Assembly (NCBI GenBank): GCA_052034805.1
Contig: JBPOID010000004.1
Coordinates: 23,236-87,235 of the forward strand
Direction: 5' to 3'
DNA length: 64,000 bases
Source of the DNA: Candidatus Tayloriibacteriota bacterium
Lineage (GTDB): Bacteria > Patescibacteriota > Minisyncoccia > Phycocordibacterales > PALSA-1337
Numbering within the stretch: the first letter of the stretch is position 1; each line of letters begins with the position of its first letter. The notes under the pieces are model-generated. The model was not told the DNA's origin, ran no database searches, and saw only the letters and a program-made list of their open reading frames with translations. This document shows, piece after piece, positions 8,951 to 17,202 of the stretch. Position numbers and translations under genes: made by a program.

Positions 8951-9613
8951 TCATAGATTATAATACCTTATAAGTATCTTTTGCCAAGCAATAACTTTTC
9001 TATATAATTCAACACCAGATACCATAATAGCCAAAGAACCCTTGTATTCCCTATCTTTTATAGCTTTTGAAGAGTTTGTGTATATGGTTTTTTGAAATAA
9101 ATTCAATGGTATATCTATTGTTTTAGCCCATAAATCCTCAAAATTACCATTTCTATGAGAAATATTAATAAAAAGTCTGAATTTAGCTTTATTTTTCGAT
9201 ATATTCAGATATTTCTTCATCCATAAAACAATTATTTTCATAATATTACTGTCCTTACTCATAAAATAAATTGAATTCCCCTTTTTCAAACCATGTGCCC
9301 AATACAATCCAAGACCTAACATAAAGAATTGATCTTTGGAGAATTTTTCAAATTCTTTTAAAGCATTATCGTATGCAAATTTATCTTTAAAAACTTTTTT
9401 TGATCTAATTGCAATAGAAGAATTCATTCTACCTTTTGCAATTTTATTTTTTAGATTTTTTTCTAAATTTAATCTTTCATTTTCAGTTAATTTAATATTT
9501 TTTACCCAATTAGAAATAGAAGCTTTAGATACTTTAAGCTCTTTTGATATCTCTGAATAAGAAAATCCTAATCTTCTTAATTCAATGGCTCTTTTACTCG
9601 TTTGAACACCCAT
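8951..9613 (-). CDS. HTH-domain protein with a degenerate LAGLIDADG-like segment (hypothetical), directly abutting tRNA-Arg
   Basis: N-terminal resolvase-type HTH (LRRLGFSYSEISKELKVSKASISNWV); internal FMLGLGLYWAHGLKKGNSIYF resembles a LAGLIDADG motif but lacks the acidic residues. Confidence 0.45.
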   Translation of the reverse strand: MGVQTSKRAIELRRLGFSYSEISKELKVSKASISNWVKNIKLTENERLNLEKNLKNKIAKGRMNSSIAIRSKKVFKDKFAYDNALKEFEKFSKDQFFMLGLGLYWAHGLKKGNSIYFMSKDSNIMKIIVLWMKKYLNISKNKAKFRLFINISHRNGNFEDLWAKTIDIPLNLFQKTIYTNSSKAIKDREYKGSLAIMVSGVELYRKVIAWQKILIRYYNL

Positions 9614-9673
9614 TTTATTATTATATAATTATATACTAGTATTCAATACTATGCAAAATAAAGATATAATGCT

Positions 9674-11164
9674 ATGATAGTTTTGATGAAAAAAACTACC
9701 ATTCCAACAGAAATTACAACAGTTATTGAGACACTTGAAAAGAGTGGCTATGAAGCATACCTAGTTGGAGGATGTGTTAGAGATCTATTGTTAGGAAGAA
9801 TTCCTAGAGACTGGGATGTTACAACAAATGCCATACCAGAAAACATAATTCCCCTATTCCCCAAGACTTTTTATGAGAATGATTTCGGTACTGTAGGGGT
9901 TGTAAATGAAAATACCAAACATGAGAATCTAAGTGTAGTAGAAGTTACCCCATACAGAATAGAAACTAATTACAGTGACTTCAGACATCCAGATGAAGTT
10001 AAGTTTAGTAACAAAATAGAAGATGATCTAGGACGTCGTGATTTCACTATCAATGCAATCGCAGTGAGTATATCGAATGGAGCTATAAAGGACATAATCG
10101 ATCTTTATGGTGGTTTTAAAGATTTAAAGGACAAAGTCATAAGGACAGTCGGAAAACCTGAAGACAGATTCAAAGAAGATGCTTTGCGTATAATAAGAGC
10201 TGTCAGATTGGCTACAGAATTAGGTTTTACACTAGAAAAAAGCACAGAAATGGCTATACATAGCCATATTTCCCTATTAAACAAGATATCTGCAGAGAGA
10301 ATACGTGATGAATTTATAAAGATAATTATGTCAAAAGAACCCAAAAAAGGCATAGAAATGCTTGAGAAAACAGGTATTTTGGCAATTATAATACCAGAAC
10401 TAGTAAGATCTATAGGTGTAAAACAAAATCAAGCTCATGCGTATGATGTCTGGGAACATCTACTCAGAACATTACAACATTCAGCCGATAAAGACTGGCC
10501 ATTAGAAATACGCCTTTCTGCCCTATTTCATGATATTTCCAAGCCAGAAACAAAGAACTTTTCACGTGAAACACAGCAAATAACGTTTTATGGCCATGAG
10601 GTTGTTGGTTCACGTGTAACAAAAAAGATTCTAGAGAGACTAAGGTTTCCATTAAAAACAATAGAAAAGGTCACAAAAATGGTTAGATGGCATATGTTCT
10701 TCTCTGATACAGAATCAATTACATTGTCTGCAGTTAGAAGAATGATAAACAATGTTGGACGTGAAAACATCTGGGATCTAATGAATATAAGAATATGTGA
10801 CAGAATCGGTACAGGTAGACCAAAAGAAAACCCCTATAGATTAAGAAAATATAAATCAATGGTTGAAGAAGCCTTAAGAGATCCCATTTCTGTAAATATG
10901 CTTAAAACCGACGGTAAACATCTTATGGAGGTTACACATGAAACACCAGGACCTAAAATAGGCCATATTTTGCATATTCTATTAGAAGAAGTATTGGATA
11001 ATCCAAAACTCAATACAATTGAATATTTAGACAAAAAAGCTATAGAATTAGCCAAATTATCTGAAAAAGAGCTAAAAACAATGGGAGATGAAGCTAAAAA
11101 GAAAAAAGGGGAGTTGGAAGAAGAAAGTCTTGAAGAAATAAGGAAAAAGTACTTTGTTTCATAA
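9674..11164 (+). CDS. cca: CCA-adding tRNA nucleotidyltransferase with HD domain and a C-terminal extension
   Basis: Pol-beta-type head motif GGCVRDLLLG...DWDV, HD domain (HDISK), 496 aa. Confidence 0.85.
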   Translation: MIVLMKKTTIPTEITTVIETLEKSGYEAYLVGGCVRDLLLGRIPRDWDVTTNAIPENIIPLFPKTFYENDFGTVGVVNENTKHENLSVVEVTPYRIETNYSDFRHPDEVKFSNKIEDDLGRRDFTINAIAVSISNGAIKDIIDLYGGFKDLKDKVIRTVGKPEDRFKEDALRIIRAVRLATELGFTLEKSTEMAIHSHISLLNKISAERIRDEFIKIIMSKEPKKGIEMLEKTGILAIIIPELVRSIGVKQNQAHAYDVWEHLLRTLQHSADKDWPLEIRLSALFHDISKPETKNFSRETQQITFYGHEVVGSRVTKKILERLRFPLKTIEKVTKMVRWHMFFSDTESITLSAVRRMINNVGRENIWDLMNIRICDRIGTGRPKENPYRLRKYKSMVEEALRDPISVNMLKTDGKHLMEVTHETPGPKIGHILHILLEEVLDNPKLNTIEYLDKKAIELAKLSEKELKTMGDEAKKKKGELEEESLEEIRKKYFVS

Positions 11165-11278
11165 AAATTAAGGTTATTTTGATAGAATAACCAGTAATAT
11201 CAATGTAATTTAAATAAAATTATATTGATATTGATGTAATTATTACAGTAATAATGCAATTTAAATATGGAAAATAGG

Positions 11279-11310
11279 AAGGTGTTTCATATGAAACACC
11301 TTTTGCTTTA
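11279..11310 (+). terminator. Rho-independent terminator (perfect palindrome aaggtgtttcat|atgaaacacctt followed by a T-run)
   Basis: Read from the sequence, downstream of cca. Confidence 0.55.
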
Positions 11311-11399
11311 TATGGTTAAATTAGAGATTATAAGGAAAATCATGCATAAAAACATATATAGAAGTTATGTACAAGAAAAATAATGTATAGATAGAATCA

Positions 11400-11800
11400 C
11401 AATATGGTCATATAGACAAAACAAAACCGCGTTAATTGAACAAATTACGCAGTCCAGGTTAGGATTGAACTATATAATTTTGTTACTACAAAACGCGGTT
11501 TTTGGTGAAGTATGGAAAAGAAGGGGTCCACGGACCGATCGAAGCTGACCTCAATATCTACTATGGGAGGTTTTGCGCGTTACCTATCTAAAAAAATAAT
11601 TTCCCAGAGGGGAATAAAATAAATTGTGTTTGAAAAGGAACGCTTACCAAGCCTAAGCTGATAAAGGGTTGTCTTCTCTTCTTTATACTTCAAAAAAGAG
11701 CCTACTACCCACAAACTTTACAAAGAGCAATTGGATTGCTTCTACTCGGTTTTTATTTTGAAACATTCCTGATCTGTTTATATTCTATCATTACTAAAAG
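11400..11800. ncRNA. Candidate structured RNA of unknown identity in a 700-bp gene-free convergent intergenic region
   Basis: No ORF on either strand. Locally GC-enriched segments (ggggtccacggaccgatcgaagctgacc; ggtaacgcgcaaaacctccc). Closed by a long-range 12-bp inverted repeat caaaaccgcgtt...aacgcggttttg and several hairpins. Confidence 0.3.
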
Positions 11801-11876
11801 ACATGTAAAGGACATATAATAGGGTAACTGTGGATAAGTCCTTTATATTTTATTTGTCTTTTATAAAAGACAAAAT

Positions 11877-12662
11877 TTATTTTAAAATTAATTCAATAGG
11901 ACAATGATCAGAGCCTGTAATATTGGCTAATATATTCGACTTTTCCACATATTTCAAAACTCCTTCTGAAATAAAAAAATAATCAATTCTCCAACCAACA
12001 TTTCTTTCTCTTGCAAATGTTTTCATATCCCACCATGTATATGAATTAGTTTTTTTAGGATTTTCTTTTCTCCAAATATCTATATATCCTTCTTTAATTA
12101 TTTTATCTATCCATGCACGTTCCATCGGAAGAAATCCTGTATTATTTTCATTTTCTTTTGCTCTGGCTAAATCTATTTCATTATGTGCGGTATTAACATC
12201 ACCACAGAAAATTATTTCATATCCAGACTTTCTTTTTTTATTTATATAATTTAGAAATTCATCATAAAAGCGCATTTTATAATCCAATCTATCTGGACCG
12301 CCACCACCATTAGGGAAATAGCAATTTATCAATACAAATTTTATTCCTATAAGACTTTTATCATAAAATAGGGCTAAAAACCTGCCTTCTTTATCAAATT
12401 CTTCTATACCTAAACCATATTCAACCTTTTCTGGTTTGTCTTTTGTATATACAGCAACACCGCTATAGCCTTTTTTCTCTTTTGAATGGTCAAAATAGGA
12501 ATAATAGCCCAATGGATTCCTAACTCCTTCATCTAATTGATCAGGATGGGCTTTGGTTTCTTGAAAACACATAAAATCAGGGGATTTTTGTAAAAACCAA
12601 TCAAATCCTCCTTTTTTCACATTTGCACGCAAACCATTCACATTCCAAGAAATTATATTCAT
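11877..12662 (-). CDS. xth: Exodeoxyribonuclease III
   Basis: MNIISWNVNGLRA...FMCFQETK...; 261 aa, ExoIII/AP-endonuclease fold motifs. Confidence 0.9.
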   Translation of the reverse strand: MNIISWNVNGLRANVKKGGFDWFLQKSPDFMCFQETKAHPDQLDEGVRNPLGYYSYFDHSKEKKGYSGVAVYTKDKPEKVEYGLGIEEFDKEGRFLALFYDKSLIGIKFVLINCYFPNGGGGPDRLDYKMRFYDEFLNYINKKRKSGYEIIFCGDVNTAHNEIDLARAKENENNTGFLPMERAWIDKIIKEGYIDIWRKENPKKTNSYTWWDMKTFARERNVGWRIDYFFISEGVLKYVEKSNILANITGSDHCPIELILK

Positions 12663-12711
12663 AGAAAAAGTATAACATTAAGTAAATATATAATTAAGCC
12701 TAATATTATAT

Positions 12712-13707
12712 TTATTGACTCTTTCTGTGGAATTTCTTATGTATTTTCTTTAATTCAGTATCTGTAACATGTGTATATATTTGAGTTGTATTTATATTTG
12801 CATGACCTAAAAGCATTTGAACCGATCGCAGATCAGCACCATTTCTCAGAAGATCAGTAGCAAATGAATGTCTTATGACGTGTGGAGTTACTTTCTTGGA
12901 AATACCAGCTTTTATGGCGTATTGCTTTATTATTCTTTCAACTGAACGAGATGTTAATCTCAATGTATCTCTATTTTTAGCCAATTTATTGCTTAATTTG
13001 CTATTTTTATTATTTTCCTCACCTTTATTATCTTTATCTATACCAATAATCTGAACAAATAGGGCATCGTCCATATCTTCGCGTTTATCTAAGTATTTTT
13101 GAACAGAATTCCTAGCATCATCAGAAATAAATACAACTCTGACCTTTTCACCCTTACCACGAACGGATAATTCGTCTAATTTTAGATTAATATCCCTAGG
13201 CAAAGCGCATAATTCAGAAACACGGAGCCCTGTAGAGAATAAAAGCTCTAATATAGCCTTATCTCTTAGACCTCTTAGAGTAGATAAATTGGGAGCTTTC
13301 ATTAGTCTATCTAATTCTTCTATAGTTATAAGATCTAATGATCTTTCTGGAACCTTGGCTAATTCTATACGATCTGGTGATAGGGAAGTGATATTCTGCC
13401 TAGCCAAATATTTTAAAAAGGCACGTAAAGCAATAAGATAATAATTCTGAGTACGTTTCTTCATAGTACTCATGGCAACACCTTTTTCTTTTTTAACTTC
13501 TTGACGATTAAGCCAGATACGGAAACCTTTTACTACAGTATCTGTTATATCTTTTGGGTCTTTTAATTTAGTAAAATCAATAAAACGACTCAAATATTGA
13601 TCATAATTACGTACTGTATTCAAACTTCTACCTTTTTCTATTTCAATATATTGAAGAAATTCAGTTTTTAAATCTTTTAGATTGTGCGACATGATATAAG
13701 TATACAT
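12712..13707 (-). CDS. xerC: Tyrosine recombinase XerC/XerD family (with a low-complexity K/N-rich insertion)
   Basis: Core-binding N-terminus; catalytic C-terminus HVIRHSFATDLLRNGADLRSVQMLLGHANINTTQIYTHV. Confidence 0.85.
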   Translation of the reverse strand: MYTYIMSHNLKDLKTEFLQYIEIEKGRSLNTVRNYDQYLSRFIDFTKLKDPKDITDTVVKGFRIWLNRQEVKKEKGVAMSTMKKRTQNYYLIALRAFLKYLARQNITSLSPDRIELAKVPERSLDLITIEELDRLMKAPNLSTLRGLRDKAILELLFSTGLRVSELCALPRDINLKLDELSVRGKGEKVRVVFISDDARNSVQKYLDKREDMDDALFVQIIGIDKDNKGEENNKNSKLSNKLAKNRDTLRLTSRSVERIIKQYAIKAGISKKVTPHVIRHSFATDLLRNGADLRSVQMLLGHANINTTQIYTHVTDTELKKIHKKFHRKSQ

Positions 13708-13879
13708 TTTATTTAAAAATAATGAAAAGTATATTTATAAATACAATAAACACATAAAATATGGCTTATTTATTGACTATAAATAGATATACTGATCATC
13801 CTAAATCATTAGGTGATTCTAATCTATTGGTATATTACAAAAACACTTGACAAAATATAATAGTATGATAGGATATACG

Positions 13880-14278
13880 CAGGATGATCTTTGAAGGTTA
13901 GGTTCTTGTGAACCCCGACCAAGCTTGGTGAAAGCATGAGATTGTCCAGATAATGAGAGTACTGTTATGATTATAGTACTCATAGAAGCCAGAAAGGCCA
14001 CGCCATTATGAACGGACCTCCTACTACCACCCTGTCAATCTTTAAGAATATTAATTTCAACCCCAAGTCCGGCCCCGGCCCGTCCCAGATGAGCCGTTCG
14101 TATTAACACCACGAACGACTCAAGTTGAAGGGCTCCCTAGCTGATAAAGTTGGCGGCACACATTACAGCCAGTGTTACAGTCGGTCAGTGCCGAATACCA
14201 ACATTCGTTTAACAATGAATTCGGCCAGTGAGCTCTTCCACCCCCTACGACAAATAGTCGCAGGGGGTGTTTTTCTTA
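13880..14278 (+). ncRNA. GC-rich (roughly 55%) structured RNA candidate of about 400 nt; identity unresolved (RNase P RNA, tmRNA and SRP RNA considered)
   Basis: Sharp GC island in a 30% GC genome with no credible ORF. It ends on the plus strand with a hairpin ccccctacgac-aaata-gtcgcaggggg plus T-run at 14241-14277. Motifs like caagtccggcc and acagtcggtcagtg are reminiscent of, but do not match, RNase P conserved regions. Strand assignment rests on the terminator. Confidence 0.4.
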
Positions 14279-14295
14279 TATAACACCCCAATAAC

Positions 14296-14598
14296 TTGCA
14301 AAGTAAAGGCCTTCATGCTATTATCATGAACATGTTAACGACAAAACAAAAGGTAAAAATCATAAAAAACGTTGCAATACACGACAAGGACACTGGCTCT
14401 CCAGAGGTACAGATTTCAATATTATCAAAGAGAATAGACGAATTAGCATCACATTTAAAGAAACACAAGAAAGATAATCACTCAAGAAGAGGACTTCTAG
14501 CTATGGTAGCAGATCGCCAAGCTCATCTAGTATATTTGAAGAAGAGACATCCAAAGAGATATTCAGGAATAATAAAGAAATTAGATTTAAAGAAATAA
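14296..14598 (+). CDS. rpsO: 30S ribosomal protein S15 (likely true start at the MNMLTTKQK ATG near 14326)
   Basis: LTTKQK...HLKKHKKDNHSRRGLLAMVADRQAHLVYLKK is a canonical S15 sequence. Confidence 0.9.
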   Translation: MQSKGLHAIIMNMLTTKQKVKIIKNVAIHDKDTGSPEVQISILSKRIDELASHLKKHKKDNHSRRGLLAMVADRQAHLVYLKKRHPKRYSGIIKKLDLKK

Positions 14599-14738
14599 TA
14601 TATTTTCTTAAAATCTACATATATTCTATATCTATCTAATTTATTTCTATCTTAATGTTATACTATAACTATAGTATTTAGTTTGGTTTTAGTTTTTTAA
14701 TAAGTTTTTTATAAGAGTTTAATTTTAATAATTTATAT

Positions 14739-15305
14739 ATGTCAGTAATAAAGCATAAGGAACAACGCGTTGGTGTTTTTATAGATACGCAAAATATTTA
14801 TCATAGTGCAAAGAATCTATATCATTCAAAAGTAAATTTTGGACAAATAGTAAAAGATGCTGTAGGAGATAGATCTCTTATTAGAGCAGTTGCATATGTG
14901 ATAACTACAGAAGCAGGGGATGAGAAAGCTTTCTTTGAGGCGCTTACAAAAATGGGTATAGAAACAAAGACAAAAGATTTACAAATTTTCGGTAGCGGTG
15001 CAAAAAAGGCAGACTGGGATGTCGGTATGGCTATAGATGCAGTAAAGCTTGCACCTAAACTAGATGCGGTGATATTGGTTACAGGAGATGGGGATTTCGT
15101 ACCATTGGTAGAATATTTGCAATTAAATGAAGGTTGTCAGGTTGAAGTAGTTTCATTTGGCAAAAGTACATCTTCAAAATTAGTAGAAGTCGTTGATGAT
15201 TTCTTGGATTTGGATGTTGCTCCAGATAAATATCTCATGAATAATAGAAATAATTTCAAAGGAAGAAAAAATAGTCCAAAATTAAAAGAAAATTCATCTT
15301 TATAA
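14739..15305 (+). CDS. NYN/LabA-like (DUF88) domain protein, putative RNase
   Basis: VGVFIDTQNIY...VILVTGDGDF is the NYN-domain signature; sits between rpsO and pnp. Confidence 0.7.
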   Translation: MSVIKHKEQRVGVFIDTQNIYHSAKNLYHSKVNFGQIVKDAVGDRSLIRAVAYVITTEAGDEKAFFEALTKMGIETKTKDLQIFGSGAKKADWDVGMAIDAVKLAPKLDAVILVTGDGDFVPLVEYLQLNEGCQVEVVSFGKSTSSKLVEVVDDFLDLDVAPDKYLMNNRNNFKGRKNSPKLKENSSL

Positions 15306-15308
15306 AAT

Positions 15309-17186
15309 ATGAAGAAAAAAGAATACTCTATAGAAGTAGGAGGAAAGGTATTAACTGCAGAATTCAATGATCTTGCATTACAAGCAAATGGTTCAGTCAT
15401 AATGAGATATGGAAATACTGTTGTATTGGCAACAGCAGTTATGGGTAATAATGAAAAAGAAGGGGATTTCTTTCCTTTAACAGTTGATTATGAAGAAAGA
15501 TTCTATGCTTCTGGAAAAATATTGGGTAGTAGATTCATGAGAAGAGAGGGTAAACCTAGTGATGAAGCTATATTATCTGGAAGAATAGTAGATAGAACAA
15601 TACGACCACTTTTCGATAATCATATACGTCATGAAGTACAAGTAATACTTACAGTATTATCTATAGACGAAGATGATCCAGATATAATATCTGTAATAGC
15701 TGCGTCATTGGCATTGGGAGTATCTGATATACCTTGGAATGGACCGGTATCTGCTGTACGCATTGTGAAAAATGAAACATTCCATGTAAATCCAAATTAT
15801 ATACAGAGAGAAGCGGTTGGTATAAATCTAGACTTGGTAGCTTGTGGTAAAGATGGTTTTATAAATATGATAGAAGTCGCAGGAAATGAAGTTAGTGAAG
15901 ATATTGTGAATCAGGCATTATCTAAAGCTAGTGAAGAAATAGAGAAGATACAGATTTGGCAGAGAAAAATCATATCAGAAATAGGTAAAAATAAAAGAAT
16001 AATACCTAAACCAGAATTAACAAATGGCACAATTGAATTATTTGATAAAGAAATAGCCCATAAATTACCTGAATATTCTTCTACTAAAGAAAAAATAGCA
16101 GAAATAAATAAAATCTGGATGGAATTATTTATAGAAAAGATTCCAGAAGGAAATACTGTATTGGCCCAAGGATGTTTCGAAGAAAAAATGAATGATTTCA
16201 TACATCATGAAGCAATAGAAAATAATAGAAGAGTTGATGGTAGGGGATTTGATGAAATAAGACCACTTTTCGTAAAAGCTGGTGGTATATCTCCGATATT
16301 GCATGGTTCAGGAATATTCTATAGAGGTGAAACTCATGTTCTATCTGCATTAACATTGGGAGGTCCAGGAGATGCTCAAACTCAAGATGGAATGGAGAAA
16401 ACTCCAGAGAAAAGATTTATGCATCATTATAATTTTCCTCCATTTTCTACAGGAGAAACAGGTAGAGTAGGTGGTACAAATAGAAGAATGATAGGTCATG
16501 GAGCTCTTGCCGAAAAGGCTTTAGCACCAATAATACCCACCAAAGAATCTTTTCCTTATACTATACGTATAGTATCTGAGGCTTTTTCTTCTAATGGTTC
16601 TACTTCTATGGGTTCTGTATGTGGCTCTACTCTCGCACTTATGGACGCTGGTGTACCAATAAAAGCTCCAGTAGCAGGTATTGCATCTGGACTTATGATG
16701 TTAGGTAACAAATATAAAATACTTACAGACATACAAGGACCTGAGGATCATTATGGTGATATGGATTTCAAAGTAGCAGGAACTAGAGATGGTATAACTG
16801 CAGTACAAATGGATATAAAAGTAGACGGTATTCCTCTTCATGTTCTAAAAGAAGCTTTAGAAAAGGCAAAGAAAGCTAGACTACAGATTCTCGATTTAAT
16901 ATTAAGTGAAATAAAAGAACCAAGAAAAGATATTTCTCCAAATGCACCAAAAATAATAACTATTAAAATAAAAGAGAATCAAATAGGTTTAGTTATAGGT
17001 ACTGGAGGAAAAACTATTAAAGAAATAAAAGAGAAGACAAAGGTTGATGATATTACTATAGAAGATAATGGCGATGTCTTTATTACTGGCAAAAACGGTA
17101 GTGCAGAAAAAGCCAGAGATATTATCCTATATATAACCAAAGACGATCCCACAAGAATGGGTAAAGACTCTAGAAGAAGATATTGA
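15309..17186 (+). CDS. pnp: Polynucleotide phosphorylase (two RNase PH domains plus KH; no S1 domain)
   Basis: 625 aa; PNPase core motifs; KH (GLVIGTGGKTIKEI) is present but the ORF ends before any S1 domain. Confidence 0.9.
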   Translation: MKKKEYSIEVGGKVLTAEFNDLALQANGSVIMRYGNTVVLATAVMGNNEKEGDFFPLTVDYEERFYASGKILGSRFMRREGKPSDEAILSGRIVDRTIRPLFDNHIRHEVQVILTVLSIDEDDPDIISVIAASLALGVSDIPWNGPVSAVRIVKNETFHVNPNYIQREAVGINLDLVACGKDGFINMIEVAGNEVSEDIVNQALSKASEEIEKIQIWQRKIISEIGKNKRIIPKPELTNGTIELFDKEIAHKLPEYSSTKEKIAEINKIWMELFIEKIPEGNTVLAQGCFEEKMNDFIHHEAIENNRRVDGRGFDEIRPLFVKAGGISPILHGSGIFYRGETHVLSALTLGGPGDAQTQDGMEKTPEKRFMHHYNFPPFSTGETGRVGGTNRRMIGHGALAEKALAPIIPTKESFPYTIRIVSEAFSSNGSTSMGSVCGSTLALMDAGVPIKAPVAGIASGLMMLGNKYKILTDIQGPEDHYGDMDFKVAGTRDGITAVQMDIKVDGIPLHVLKEALEKAKKARLQILDLILSEIKEPRKDISPNAPKIITIKIKENQIGLVIGTGGKTIKEIKEKTKVDDITIEDNGDVFITGKNGSAEKARDIILYITKDDPTRMGKDSRRRY

Positions 17187-17202
17187 TATAATATAGCAAT
17201 AG

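Noticed and set aside
11829-11837. Isolated perfect DnaA box TTATCCACA (minus strand) near the xth terminator
   Set aside because: A single 9-mer is expected by chance about once per 64 kb on two strands; it is not clustered with other boxes.
13819-14001. 60-aa ORF on the minus strand within the GC-rich island upstream of rpsO
   Set aside because: Low-complexity product, no start context, and the whole island behaves like a structured RNA gene rather than coding DNA.
13880-14278. Calling the GC-rich island definitively as RNase P RNA (rnpB)
   Set aside because: Partial resemblance to the P4/CR-I (AAGUCCGGCC) and 3' (UCGGUCAGU) motifs was seen. However, the complementary P4 strand and the CR-II/III GGU...AAGAGCGCACC block could not be found on either strand, so the specific identity is left open.
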